A stretch of DNA of 59,708 nt, filler included, from a candidate division WOR-3 bacterium (GTDB lineage: Bacteria > SDB-A), in the NCBI GenBank assembly GCA_016934535.1. It is 4 parts of 4 records of this genome, joined end to end, with 100 filler letters (N's around TTAATTAATTAA, not from the genome) between each part and the next. Parts side by side here need not be neighbours in the genome. Positions count along the whole stretch, not along the records: positions 1 to 13,430 come from JAFGSQ010000041.1; positions 13,531 to 19,985 come from JAFGSQ010000044.1; positions 20,086 to 47,308 come from JAFGSQ010000045.1; 1 more part is not named here. One strand, 5' to 3'. Position numbers and translations under genes: made by a program. Positions 10,292 to 20,177 of this stretch are shown here, piece by piece; the stretch's first letter is position 1, and every line of letters begins with the position of its first letter. Under the pieces are notes generated by a model, which was not told the origin of the DNA, ran no database searches, and saw nothing but the letters and a program-made list of their open reading frames with translations.

Positions 10292-11089
10292 TTACTTAAC
10301 GCTAAAGCTTTTTTCAGCATAGTCTATCAGCCAGGCCCTGATCTCTGAAATATTCTCCCGGAGTCTCGCCGAGGCCATAACGGGAAGCCATCGCATGTAC
10401 TCGGTCTCTCCGCCTGACCTAAGTTTAAAATAATGGCTTACGTATCTTTTATGAAAAATGTTTATCAAAGACCTTTTATATCCGTGCTGAGCGCAGTCTG
10501 CTTCTCCAAGAGCCATGACGCTTGTGCGCGCCAGATCTGCCAGAGGATTTCCTGTGGAGACGTCTATCCAGTCGATGATTGTCTCTCCGTTTTCGGTCGA
10601 AAGGATGTTACCGGGGTGGAAATCGCCGTGGCACAGCCTGTCGCCGTCGGGGAGAGAATCGAGAACCGAAAGAGCTTTGAATTTTAGTTTGTCAGGTAAA
10701 TCTTCTGTTTCTTTTATTCTGCGCGCAATATTATTCCGCTGTGAAGGCAGTTTTATTCCGGGTTTTATCTCGTGAATTTTTAGTTGAAGCTCGGCGCAAC
10801 GGTTGGTGTATCTGATAAAATTCCAGGGTTTTTTCATTATAATTTCAGAAATCGGTCTTCCGCAGACCTGACTGTAGAGAAGGCCGTTCCTTCCATTGAC
10901 GCGGATTATGTCGCCGACTTCCGGAATTGTGAATCCGGTTTTTCCGACTGCTCTGGAAACCGCGGCCTCGTGTTCGATATTTTCAAGATTAAACCAGTCG
11001 TAGAAAAGCTTTAGAATCCAGCCTTCATGCCACTGGTAAATCTCGGCGGTTCTGCCGTATGCGATAGGTTTTCCGAGATCGATTTTCAA
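10292..11089 (-). CDS. Aminoglycoside phosphotransferase (APH) family kinase
   Basis: GRTAEIY, CHGDFHPGNI, IIDW, GNPLADLAR. Confidence 0.85.
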   Translation of the reverse strand: MKIDLGKPIAYGRTAEIYQWHEGWILKLFYDWFNLENIEHEAAVSRAVGKTGFTIPEVGDIIRVNGRNGLLYSQVCGRPISEIIMKKPWNFIRYTNRCAELQLKIHEIKPGIKLPSQRNNIARRIKETEDLPDKLKFKALSVLDSLPDGDRLCHGDFHPGNILSTENGETIIDWIDVSTGNPLADLARTSVMALGEADCAQHGYKRSLINIFHKRYVSHYFKLRSGGETEYMRWLPVMASARLRENISEIRAWLIDYAEKSFSVK

Positions 11090-11123
11090 AGAATATTCTA
11101 GTCCTGATCCGGTCGGGAAACCG

Positions 11124-11987
11124 TCATTTTAATACCTCTGTCGAAACCCAGTAAATATCGCCGTTACCTGGTTCGCCGGAAGAAAAGAAAAGATATTTGC
11201 CGTCGTAAGTAACAAAAGGCTGACTCGCTCTCATCCCGAGGTCTATCGCTCTCGGTTCGCTCCAGATTCCGTTTCCGTCAAAAAATGAAATGAACAAAGA
11301 ACTGTTCATCGGCTCACCGGGATCAGATGATGAAAACAGTAAATATTTCCCGTCGGGTGAAATCCAGGGATACTGGCATATCATTTCCGAATTGAACTGA
11401 GCCGGTAATTTTTCCATAGTAGAGTATGCACCTTCGATAAGTTCGATCATGCCCAGGCATTCATTACCCATTCCCTCGGATATGTCAGTTGTGTATATTG
11501 TCCCGTCCAAGGTTGAAGAAATGTACATTGTTTTGTCCGGACTGAAAGGTTCTCCGAGTTCTATGGGTTCGCTCCATCCGTCGGATTCTCGATCTACACA
11601 CATTGTAAACATGTGAAGAGTTTCTTCGACGGTTCTTCCGGCTTGATAATATAATTTTTTGTTGTCTGGTGTGATCATCGCTTCAAACGTGAACGGTACG
11701 GAAAAAGGTGCAACTTCAGGCGGTATCCATGCACTGTCGGTGATTTTGCTGTACATGATGAATGTTTTATTTGTCTCTTTGAGCCTTCGTGTGAAGTATA
11801 TTTCTTCGCCGTCCGGGGATAAACAGAAGGAAAACTCGTGAGCGTCCGTTGAAACTACTCCCGGTGCAAAGATTTCAGGTATGTTATCTGGGGGTGTTTG
11901 CCCTAAGAAAGCATCTGTAGGCTGTGGATAAATATTGTTTTGAAAAATCAAATATATAAGAAATAATGATATCGTGAATATTTTCAT
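11124..11987 (-). CDS. Secreted PD40/WD40-like beta-propeller protein
   Basis: Signal peptide; LGQTPP..PEIFAPG; repeats SPDGEEIYF, SPDGKYLLF, TYDGKYLFF; GDIYWV. Confidence 0.8.
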   Translation of the reverse strand: MKIFTISLFLIYLIFQNNIYPQPTDAFLGQTPPDNIPEIFAPGVVSTDAHEFSFCLSPDGEEIYFTRRLKETNKTFIMYSKITDSAWIPPEVAPFSVPFTFEAMITPDNKKLYYQAGRTVEETLHMFTMCVDRESDGWSEPIELGEPFSPDKTMYISSTLDGTIYTTDISEGMGNECLGMIELIEGAYSTMEKLPAQFNSEMICQYPWISPDGKYLLFSSSDPGEPMNSSLFISFFDGNGIWSEPRAIDLGMRASQPFVTYDGKYLFFSSGEPGNGDIYWVSTEVLK

Positions 11988-12099
11988 GTTTCTACTCCTT
12001 CTCTAAAAATGAAATCGCTCAAAATTCACAGCGAACGTTTTTAATTCATCCACACATTGAGATTTATATTAAAGCATTCAGGCATTTATGTTGAGCGTG

Positions 12100-12453
12100 C
12101 TAATCAGGTATATATTTCAAAAAATTCCCGTCAATTATAAGCAGTTTAACGCCGTTTTTTGTTGTAGAACGATGAGAGCTGACATCATCAGAAACTATAT
12201 ACGACATGCCTTTGGTAAGAGTAAATTCTGTACCATCCGATTGCACGCTGATAAAATTACCTTCCAGGCAATGTACTATGTGACCTTTTTTGCACCAATG
12301 ATCGGCGAGAAAACCTGGTAAATATTCGACAGTTCTAACCCTAAGACCTTCAAACTGAAGGGTTTGCCAGTACCCGGTCCCATTTTCACCCAAATGTTCT
12401 GTTTTTGGAATTTTTGACCAGTCAATGACTTGAAAAGGAATGTTTTTTCCCAT
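12100..12453 (-). CDS. DHCW-motif cupin protein
   Basis: EHLGENG.GYWQT, ADHWCKKGH, GMSYIVSD..SSHRS. Confidence 0.85.
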   Translation of the reverse strand: MGKNIPFQVIDWSKIPKTEHLGENGTGYWQTLQFEGLRVRTVEYLPGFLADHWCKKGHIVHCLEGNFISVQSDGTEFTLTKGMSYIVSDDVSSHRSTTKNGVKLLIIDGNFLKYIPD

Positions 12454-12465
12454 ACCCGCACCTCC

Positions 12466-12915
12466 TCACATGTTGTTCTTGTCTAAAACCAGTTCGAAAA
12501 CTTCTTCTCCGTCTTCTATGACTCCGGTGTCCCGGAATCCGTATTTTTCGTATATCCTTATTCCGTCTTTATTTTTTGGGTTTGTGCTCAGAACTATTTT
12601 CTCGATTTCCTCGGTCTCAAGCGCGATTTTTTTCAAAAGATTGAGGGTCGCGACGCCGTAACCTTTGCCTTGATGGCTTTTGTCTATCATGAATCTGCAC
12701 AAGTACAATTCTTTTTTGCCTTGGTCAATCGTGTACATTACAAAACCTACCATTTGATCGCCGTGATAGACAGATTTTGTTGTCCATTGCGGGAATATTT
12801 TTGACTCAGCGACAGAAAAAGAGTTGGACGCGACGTAGGGCTGGTCGTCTCTGACTTCCATGTCCATGCAATCGTAGAAATTGCTCTGGTCAATGTCTTT
12901 GAAAATCACTTCCAT
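12466..12915 (-). CDS. GNAT N-acetyltransferase (spermidine acetyltransferase-like)
   Basis: VASNSFSVAE, RFMIDKSHQGKGYG, N..GIRIYEKYGF. Confidence 0.85.
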   Translation of the reverse strand: MEVIFKDIDQSNFYDCMDMEVRDDQPYVASNSFSVAESKIFPQWTTKSVYHGDQMVGFVMYTIDQGKKELYLCRFMIDKSHQGKGYGVATLNLLKKIALETEEIEKIVLSTNPKNKDGIRIYEKYGFRDTGVIEDGEEVFELVLDKNNM

Positions 12916-12994
12916 TTTATTCTCCGGTATTTTTAGATTTTAACTCTTAATAGAGGATTCAGGAAAGTGAAACTTCTATTGACATATTGAAGAA

Positions 12995-13429
12995 TCAAAA
13001 CTTGTATTCCAATGCGGCTTGAGCCGGAATGAAAGTGCATTCGCCTTTGAATGCCGTCATCATTCCGCCTTCGATTTTCAAATGCAAACGCGATGTGATT
13101 TTTATGTCATAACCAAGAGACATTGAAAAGAAAGGCCTTAATTCATCGAAATAATATAAGTAATAGTATATCTTGCCGTATTCAAAATAACAAATTCCGC
13201 TTCTTAACGACGAGTATATGCCCGACATGTTTTCTGAATTATACATGTTCAATCCCACAGAAAAATCGTACATCCTTGTATCCTCGTCCTCAAATTTGTC
13301 GAATAACAAACTATTAGGCACTTGTTCTGGGGGGAGGTGAGCACTTTTGAACTTGAAGTAATGGTATCCTGCCCCGAAGGAAAGTTTGATTTGGGGGTGA
13401 ATTTTGTAGAGAAGCCCAAGACCTAAGGA
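12995..13429 (-). CDS. Outer-membrane beta-barrel protein, 5' end cut by the contig break
   Basis: Frame stays open from 13321 to the contig edge (SLGLGLLYKIHPQIKLSFGAGY...); alternating aromatic strands; C-terminal LEYKF. Confidence 0.6.
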   Translation of the reverse strand, partial: SLGLGLLYKIHPQIKLSFGAGYHYFKFKSAHLPPEQVPNSLLFDKFEDEDTRMYDFSVGLNMYNSENMSGIYSSLRSGICYFEYGKIYYYLYYFDELRPFFSMSLGYDIKITSRLHLKIEGGMMTAFKGECTFIPAQAALEYKF

Positions 13430-13430
13430 C

Positions 13431-13530
13431 NNNNNNNNNNNNNNNNNNNNNNNNNNNNNNNNNNNNNNNNNNNNTTAATTAATTAANNNNNNNNNNNNNN
13501 NNNNNNNNNNNNNNNNNNNNNNNNNNNNNN
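13431..13530. other. Artificial contig linker
   Basis: 44 N + TTAATTAATTAA (stops in all six frames) + 44 N. Confidence 0.98.
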
Positions 13531-13531
13531 A

Positions 13532-13831
13532 AGCTTTCCATTTATTTTACAAAAACTTTCAGTAGTTGTTATTACAAAAAAAGAAGATATTGATGATAAT
13601 GTAATAACTGGAGAATTAATCATAAAAAATAAACAAATTGAACTTCAAAGAATACCTTTTGAAATAAAATATAATGGAAAAATAATATGTAGATCAATTA
13701 TTAGAATTGATGGATTTATAATACCATCCCCTGAAGATATTGATTTTATTTTTGAGTATAATAAAAAGGAAATTGAAAAAAAGACATTAAAAGTTTTACA
13801 ACTTCCTGTTAAACCAATAATTGAATCGTAA
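13532..13831 (+). CDS. Hypothetical protein, 5' end cut (not in the ORF track)
   Basis: Open frame from the contig edge: SFPFILQKLSVVVITKK...RSIIRIDGFIIPSPEDIDFIFEY...PIIES*; very AT-rich. Confidence 0.6.
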   Translation, partial: SFPFILQKLSVVVITKKEDIDDNVITGELIIKNKQIELQRIPFEIKYNGKIICRSIIRIDGFIIPSPEDIDFIFEYNKKEIEKKTLKVLQLPVKPIIES

Positions 13832-14018
13832 TAATTAGTTTTAATAATTATTATTCTTTCCTATCAAAGTTGTAATTATATAAAGATCAATTATAAACAG
13901 TGTTTGATGATGAAGATTTATATGATGATATGTTGCGTAAAGAGGAAGGATTATAGATGATGAGAGGTGTTGTAAATCACATATTTGGTGCCTTAATGTA
14001 TATAGTTACCTAATTTTT

Positions 14019-14212
14019 TACCACGAAGCAGAGTAAACTTCTCACGAAATTATCTTATTTGCAAAAGCAAATAAGAGATCTTACACGAAGGTCTGTATAT
14101 TTGCTTTCAGCAAATATACAGCCTACACGAAGTAATAAAATTTGTTACACAAATTTTTATAAAAAAAGTTTCTTTATTTTTCTTTCTTCTTCATTTGCGT
14201 CTATTCGCGGTT
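14019..14212. repeat. REP/MITE-like element with CACGAA motifs and two perfect hairpins
   Basis: CACGAA at 14022, 14043, 14084 and 14126; hairpins at 14053-14076 and 14093-14121; inverted end TTCGCGGTT at 14204-14212. Confidence 0.6.
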
Positions 14213-14392
14213 AGTATTCTTTTTGTTTAATGATTTTATTGTATATAAACTTTTCTATTTTGCTTTATGCAAATTAGGATTCGCGGATAATCCTCTTCTC
14301 TGCCGTAAATCAAAATCTTTTCACTGACCTATTGACAATGAGCAAATAAAAAAATATAAGATTCTTTTGCTAACATTAAACCCGGAGAAAAC

Positions 14393-16294
14393 ATGAAAGA
14401 CAAAGACGGCGTGACATTCAGGGAAAAATTCAGCTACGCTTTTGACAACGTCATGTCCAAAGGGCCTGCTGCTCTTATAGGATGGCTTGCAATCCTTTCG
14501 CTTCTCGTTGTGCTTATATTTTCTGTAATCGTTTTGCTGACCCACACTGCTCCCGAAAATGTAGGTTTCATAAAACTTATATGGATGAGCATGCTTAGAA
14601 CACTTGACCCGGGAACAATGGGGGCAGATGAGGGAAACGTTCTCTTTCTCCTCTCCATGTTCGGCGTCACTCTCGGAGGTATTTTCATAATAAGCACTCT
14701 CATAGGTATTCTTACAACGGGACTTGAATCGAGACTCGATTCGATGAGAAAGGGCAGATCGAAAATTATCGAGTCCAATCACACCGTCATACTGGGTTGG
14801 TCTGAACAGGTCTTCACTATAATTAGAGAACTCGTTATTGCAAATGAAAATCAGAAAAAATCTTGCATAGCCATCCTTGCAGACAAAGACAAGGTGGAGA
14901 TGGAGGACGAGATAAAGATAAAAACCGGAAGCAAGGGAAAAACAAAAGTCGTCTGCCGAACAGGAAACCCGGCCGATTTAGCCGACCTCGAACTTATGAG
15001 GCTCAAGACTTCAAAATCCATAATAGTCCTTTCTCCCGACTCGGAAAATCCTGATTCGGAAGTTATAAAAACCATTCTGGCGATTACAAACAACCCTCAC
15101 AGAAGAGAAGAACCCTACCACGTGACCGCCCTGCTCAGAAATCCGGAAAACGTCGAAATAGCCAAAATGGTCGGAAAAGACGAAGTCGAGCTAGTCTTGT
15201 CAGGTGAATTAATCGCAAGAATGATGGCTCAGACCTGCCTGCAGTCCGGTCTGTCGATAGTTTATTACGAGCTTCTCGACTTCGGAGGCGACGAGATATA
15301 TTTCAAGGACGAACCTTCACTATATGGAAAAAAATTCTCGGAAACACTTGCTCTTTATGAAGACTCGTCTGTCATAGGATTGTTCCCGAAAGGGGGAACG
15401 CCTCTTTTAAATCCTCCCATGGATACTGTTGTCGGGGAAGGCGACCAGATTATTGCCATATCCGAAGACGACGACACAGTCGTTCTGTCGGGCGTTGAAA
15501 AACACGAAATTTTCGAAAACGCCATAGTAGAAAAACACGAGGACGTAAAAAAGCCTCAAAGAATTCTGCTGATAGGGTGGAACTGGAGAGCGCCGATCAT
15601 AGTCAGGGAATTGGATAATTATCTCGCATCCGGTTCTTTCATTCAGGTTGTATACGACATTGAAAACAACGGTGTTGAAGAAAGACTTTCCCAGCTTCAG
15701 CTGAAAAACGCGACTTACAAAATTTCAAGGAACAAGACAACGGACAGAAGAGTCCTCGAAAGCCTTGACATTCCTACTTATAACCATGTCATCCTGCTTT
15801 GTTATTCTGACCACCTCACCCCGCACGAAGCTGATTCTCAGACTCTGATAACCCTCCTGCACATAAGAGAAATTTCCGAAAACACAAAAAATTCTTTCTC
15901 GGTGGTCAGTGAAATGATTGACGTCAGGAACCGGAATCTGGCCGAAATAACCAAAGCCGACGACTTCATCATCAGCGACAACCTGATAAGTCTTCTGCTT
16001 TCGCAGATTTCAGAAAACAAATACCTTAGCGCTGTTTTCGAGGACCTTTTCGATCCCGAGGGCTCGGAGACCTATATCAAACCGGTGGAAAGATACGTCA
16101 AAACCGGAACTACCATAGATTTTTACACTGTTTTAAAATCCGCATCTCTCAAAAGCGAGGTCGCGATAGGATACAGACTGAAAAAATTCTGGAACGACCC
16201 GGAAAAAGCCTACGGAATAGTCGTCAATCCGGACAAATCAGAAAAAATCACTTTTTCAGAAGGCGACAAGATAATCGTAATGGCGGAGGATTGA
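14393..16294 (+). CDS. CASTOR/POLLUX-like ion channel (TM pore plus two RCK/TrkA domains)
   Basis: FDNVMSKG; filter RTLDPGTMGADEG; HTVILGW; QSGLSIVYYELLDFGGDEIYF; LFDPEGSETYIKP; VVNPDK. Confidence 0.88.
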   Translation: MKDKDGVTFREKFSYAFDNVMSKGPAALIGWLAILSLLVVLIFSVIVLLTHTAPENVGFIKLIWMSMLRTLDPGTMGADEGNVLFLLSMFGVTLGGIFIISTLIGILTTGLESRLDSMRKGRSKIIESNHTVILGWSEQVFTIIRELVIANENQKKSCIAILADKDKVEMEDEIKIKTGSKGKTKVVCRTGNPADLADLELMRLKTSKSIIVLSPDSENPDSEVIKTILAITNNPHRREEPYHVTALLRNPENVEIAKMVGKDEVELVLSGELIARMMAQTCLQSGLSIVYYELLDFGGDEIYFKDEPSLYGKKFSETLALYEDSSVIGLFPKGGTPLLNPPMDTVVGEGDQIIAISEDDDTVVLSGVEKHEIFENAIVEKHEDVKKPQRILLIGWNWRAPIIVRELDNYLASGSFIQVVYDIENNGVEERLSQLQLKNATYKISRNKTTDRRVLESLDIPTYNHVILLCYSDHLTPHEADSQTLITLLHIREISENTKNSFSVVSEMIDVRNRNLAEITKADDFIISDNLISLLLSQISENKYLSAVFEDLFDPEGSETYIKPVERYVKTGTTIDFYTVLKSASLKSEVAIGYRLKKFWNDPEKAYGIVVNPDKSEKITFSEGDKIIVMAED

Positions 16295-16332
16295 AGACTA
16301 TGCGACAATCTTCCTATTGCGTAAATAAAACC

Positions 16333-17781
16333 TCAAAACCAGTTCAGTTTGGCCGTTCCGATTATGTTTTCATCGTCTTTTATTACAACAAAAACAGTAT
16401 TGCCGGGACATCCTGATAGATTGATTGATTCTTCGTAATCTCCGGCGTTGAAATAACCTTCCCGGATATTTTTGATTTTTCTTCCCGATGAATCAAAAAG
16501 GGAAATACAGTAGTGTCCGGAACTGTGTAATGTAAAAAATATCCTGAACTCCCCGCTGAATCTCACTGAAAGCAAACTACAGGAGTTTTTTCCACCAAAG
16601 ACAACGTCTACCGGGAAACTAGATTCCTCAACATTGCTTCCGAAGAAAACAAAATCAATGCATAACGGTCCTCCATAAACTCCCATATCATTTACTGTAG
16701 TCCCCTTTGAAGGATACAACGCTTGACCTACGTTCAAAGAGTCTTCCAGATCGTTGAATTGCGATGAGGGGTTACCCGAATCGATGCAAGGCGATGAATT
16801 CGAAAGATGGCACAAAGAATCTTCAAAAAGAGGCGCTACATTGATATTTCCCGTTCCGGAATACCCTCCTTCTATGTCGCAGTAGGAAGCGTAAATGACT
16901 GCTCCATCAACCGGCGCTAAAGGCCCCCCGGTGGCCTGAGTATTGTCCCAGATTATATTATTCCTCACAAAGACAGTGCTGCCCCACGCGAAAAGCGCGC
17001 CTCCCCTTCCTCCATATGCACCTGATCCGTATGAATGATTATCGACAATCGTGTTGTTCTGGATAATTATTGAATCACCGGAATTGCCGATAGTCCAAAT
17101 TCCTGCTCCTCCGTAAGTTTCTCCCCCATAATTTTCTCTTATTACATTGTTTACTATCAATGCTCCAGAATAATCAACGACGATACCGCCCCCATATCTG
17201 CCTTCATTGAAAGATATTACATTATTCACTATCAAAGGATTTCCACCGTATGTCAGCAAGCCTCCCCCTTCCGCCCCGTTTACACCCGTTATGTTTGTTA
17301 CATGATTGTCTATGATGATGTTGTTTTTTATGACTGGTGATGAGTTATACATGAAAATCCCGCCTCCTCCTCTCCAAGTGTAAGTCGGAAAAGAGGTGTC
17401 CACCCAGACTGTTCCGCTCCCGCCTGTAATTGTAAAGCCAGTCAATACGCAAGATGCGTCGCCGACGTTTTTGAAAAAGACAGTGCTGGCCGTGTCGGAA
17501 TTCGCTGGAGCTGATCCGTCGATGACAGTATTGATTATGTGAGAACAGTCATTGTCAGTGATAAAATAACTTGCGACAACAATATATTTACTGTCGATAA
17601 ACAAATTTTCTCTGTACTTTCCCTCTCCAACAAGCACTGTATCACCGTAATATCCGGCGGAATCTATTGCTTCCTGTATTGACAAATATTCTTCGGGGAC
17701 TCTTATTATGTCTGCATGTGCCTTTGCAGAAACTGCGACAAAGAAAATTGCGACAGCGTGTTTTAAAACCGGAAATTTCAT
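16333..17781 (-). CDS. Secreted parallel beta-helix repeat protein with C-terminal sorting-like domain
   Basis: Signal peptide AHA/D; IRVPEEYLSIQEAID; GGG/NN repeats; SPCIDSG..DMGVYGG; FDSSGRKIK tail. Confidence 0.8.
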   Translation of the reverse strand: MKFPVLKHAVAIFFVAVSAKAHADIIRVPEEYLSIQEAIDSAGYYGDTVLVGEGKYRENLFIDSKYIVVASYFITDNDCSHIINTVIDGSAPANSDTASTVFFKNVGDASCVLTGFTITGGSGTVWVDTSFPTYTWRGGGGIFMYNSSPVIKNNIIIDNHVTNITGVNGAEGGGLLTYGGNPLIVNNVISFNEGRYGGGIVVDYSGALIVNNVIRENYGGETYGGAGIWTIGNSGDSIIIQNNTIVDNHSYGSGAYGGRGGALFAWGSTVFVRNNIIWDNTQATGGPLAPVDGAVIYASYCDIEGGYSGTGNINVAPLFEDSLCHLSNSSPCIDSGNPSSQFNDLEDSLNVGQALYPSKGTTVNDMGVYGGPLCIDFVFFGSNVEESSFPVDVVFGGKNSCSLLSVRFSGEFRIFFTLHSSGHYCISLFDSSGRKIKNIREGYFNAGDYEESINLSGCPGNTVFVVIKDDENIIGTAKLNWF

Positions 17782-17950
17782 CTGTACTCCTTTCCTGAAG
17801 TTTTGCGATTATTGGATCTTCTCTGACCAGTTCACAGGTCCTCCAATCTTTTTTATGCTTATAAAAGTGGAGACTTTATTATTTTTGTCGACCGAATTTA
17901 AAAAGCCGGACTATCTATTTTGAAAAATAATTGAAATAAATGAAAAAATT

Positions 17951-19078
17951 TTAGACGCTTTTTTTAAACTGAACAGGCGTCATCCCTGTAAGCTTCTTGA
18001 AAACGTCATTAAAAGTGGATTTTGAGTTGAATCCTACCTCGTAGAGTATCTGAAGAACGGTTTTATATTCCATCTGAGGATCTTTGAGCATTTTTTTTGC
18101 CTCTTCAATTCTATGTTTGTTTATCAAACCGTAAAAATTGGTTTTGAAACGGACGTTGATGACTGTTGACAGTTTCCAGGGCTGGACAGAAAGCATCTGT
18201 GAAAAGTCTTCAATGGTAAGAGCGGGTTTTAAAAATGGTTTTTTTTCTTTTATAAATCTCTTTACCTCCAGTTCAAGAATATCCATTTCTTCTTGATCTA
18301 GTCTATTTCCATTTTTTGCCTGATCTATTCCTTCGAAGTCTTTGAACCTCAAAAGACTTTTAAAAAAAAGAACCGTAACGTAAAACAGATATATGGATAT
18401 CGAAAAAAGATCGACAATTTTCAGCAGATCGTTGGATACTATATTGAAAATCGAAAACAGCGATCTTGACACGATGAAAATCCAGTGGAGACTGATTAGA
18501 AGCAAGAGGGAATACATCCACGACAGGCTGATTTTCTCCAGGGACGAATACTTGTCCAGAATTCCGGATTGGTAATTTCTGACGATCTTAAAAATGAGAA
18601 CAACATAAATTGCTATCTGAATGAAATTACCAGTCCAAAATACGTTCCAAAGATACACGTCGAAAGTTTTATAAATCAGTTGATTTTTGGAAGAAACGCC
18701 CGAAACGTAAAATAAATAAGCGAAACTCAGGTACAGGGCAACTATAGCAAAAGGAGCGAAATTGAGCCAATCCTTAGCTTTCAGTACGTATTTCTTGAAG
18801 CACATTGATTTAACATACAGATACAGAGTCGGAGCCAGGAGAAAATATAAGGAGCTGGTCACGATAAGTAAATAAAGATGATAATCATAGGACAGAATTT
18901 TAAACCTGAAAACAAACCACCTGGTCATTAATAGAGCTTTTACAAGAAAAAAGGAAGCAAGAAGATCTCTGTTCTGTTTATTTTTTGTATTATAAAAAAA
19001 AAGAACCGTAACAAGTATGAATAGTTCAAATCCTGCAGTCGTGAGGACAAAATCGGTCAAAGAGTCGATCATGTCCAA
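17951..19078 (-). CDS. Membrane-anchored AraC-family regulator
   Basis: About seven TM helices, then LSTVIN..F..NFY..INKHRIEEAK...VGFNSKSTFN..FKK.TGMTP. Confidence 0.9.
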   Translation of the reverse strand: MDMIDSLTDFVLTTAGFELFILVTVLFFYNTKNKQNRDLLASFFLVKALLMTRWFVFRFKILSYDYHLYLLIVTSSLYFLLAPTLYLYVKSMCFKKYVLKAKDWLNFAPFAIVALYLSFAYLFYVSGVSSKNQLIYKTFDVYLWNVFWTGNFIQIAIYVVLIFKIVRNYQSGILDKYSSLEKISLSWMYSLLLLISLHWIFIVSRSLFSIFNIVSNDLLKIVDLFSISIYLFYVTVLFFKSLLRFKDFEGIDQAKNGNRLDQEEMDILELEVKRFIKEKKPFLKPALTIEDFSQMLSVQPWKLSTVINVRFKTNFYGLINKHRIEEAKKMLKDPQMEYKTVLQILYEVGFNSKSTFNDVFKKLTGMTPVQFKKSV

Positions 19079-19193
19079 ATTTTATTTAACCCTGAGATTG
19101 TTGTCAATTATTTGTCTGTTAATTTTTTCGAGAATTGCTTTTTAAAATTGCGATGATATAATTTTTAAATATTCTCAACAACGGAGGTAGACT

Positions 19194-19730
19194 ATGAAGG
19201 TAATGTTTTTACTGGCATTTCTCATTGCGTTCTCTATATCGTTGAATTCTGAAGTAGTAAACCCCGATCCCGAGATAGTAGAACTCGGAGAAATGACAGT
19301 CATAGGTTATCAGTCCCTTATCAGTATGAAGCACAATCTGATATTCGATCTTTGGATGAGATACATGGCCAAGATCGGAGAGATCCAGAATCTATCCGAC
19401 CCTAAAGTCAGCTTGGGTATAACTTACTGGGGAGAAGAGAAAGACGACGATTATTTGTTCTTCCACCTTGTTGGAATGCAGGTTACGGACTTCTCAGTTA
19501 TACCTCAGGGAATGACCTATCTCATCATTCCCGCGCATAAATACGCGAAATTCACTCACAGAGGCTCTCTGGAAAGCCTTTCGGAAACTTACGGTTTCAT
19601 ATACAGCGAATGGGCGGCTTCCGGTGTATATCCGATTTCCGGGGATTTCTTTGAATTAGAATGGTACGACGAAAGATTCAACCCCTCGAGTTCCGAGTCA
19701 GAATTGGACATCTACGTACCTATAAACTGA
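19194..19730 (+). CDS. GyrI-like small-molecule-binding protein with N-terminal signal peptide
   Basis: IPQGM...IPAHKYAKFTHRG, TYGFIYSEW, ELEWYDERF, LDIYVPI; hydrophobic N-terminus; GGAGG SD. Confidence 0.85.
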   Translation: MKVMFLLAFLIAFSISLNSEVVNPDPEIVELGEMTVIGYQSLISMKHNLIFDLWMRYMAKIGEIQNLSDPKVSLGITYWGEEKDDDYLFFHLVGMQVTDFSVIPQGMTYLIIPAHKYAKFTHRGSLESLSETYGFIYSEWAASGVYPISGDFFELEWYDERFNPSSSESELDIYVPIN

Positions 19731-19743
19731 AATATTCTTTCAT

Positions 19744-19778
19744 AGGGGGCAGGCTTATGACCCGCCCCCTTCCTTTTT
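19744..19778 (+). terminator. Rho-independent terminator
   Basis: AGGGGGC...GCCCCCT stem followed by TCCTTTTT. Confidence 0.6.
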
Positions 19779-19892
19779 CCCTTATTTGCCGTCTGGAAAT
19801 TCAGATCAAACATGATTTTACATTTTCAGAACCATGTAATACACTAGCTTTTGAGTTCTCTATCCATTAAATTAAGAACACAAGGAGAAATC

Positions 19893-19985
19893 ATGAAATG
19901 TGCGTTATTATTTTTCGCGCTTTTGGCACTGATCCTTCCATTACATATTTTTGCAGAAGATGTCCTTGTCTCAATTGATCTCGAC
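19893..19985 (+). CDS. Secreted protein, N-terminus only (contig end)
   Basis: AAGGAG SD; signal peptide MKCALLFFALLALILPLHIFA/EDVLVSIDLD. Confidence 0.6.
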
Positions 19986-20085
19986 NNNNNNNNNNNNNNN
20001 NNNNNNNNNNNNNNNNNNNNNNNNNNNNNTTAATTAATTAANNNNNNNNNNNNNNNNNNNNNNNNNNNNNNNNNNNNNNNNNNNN
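19986..20085. other. Artificial contig linker
   Basis: N44-TTAATTAATTAA-N44. Confidence 0.98.
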
Positions 20086-20177
20086 AATCCCGACAATCCC
20101 CTAAATGCCAGAGACCCTTGTGGACAAATGAATCTCTTCAATTTATAATGATTTTATTAGGACACTAGTGAAACGAA

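Noticed and set aside
13431-13530. TTAATTAATTAA palindrome inside N runs (also at 20030 and 47353)
   Set aside because: Identical artificial scaffold linker with stops in all six frames; not biological
14019-14160. Possible mini CRISPR array
   Set aside because: Constant part is only 6-9 nt, the 'spacers' are related palindromes, and there are no cas genes in the window
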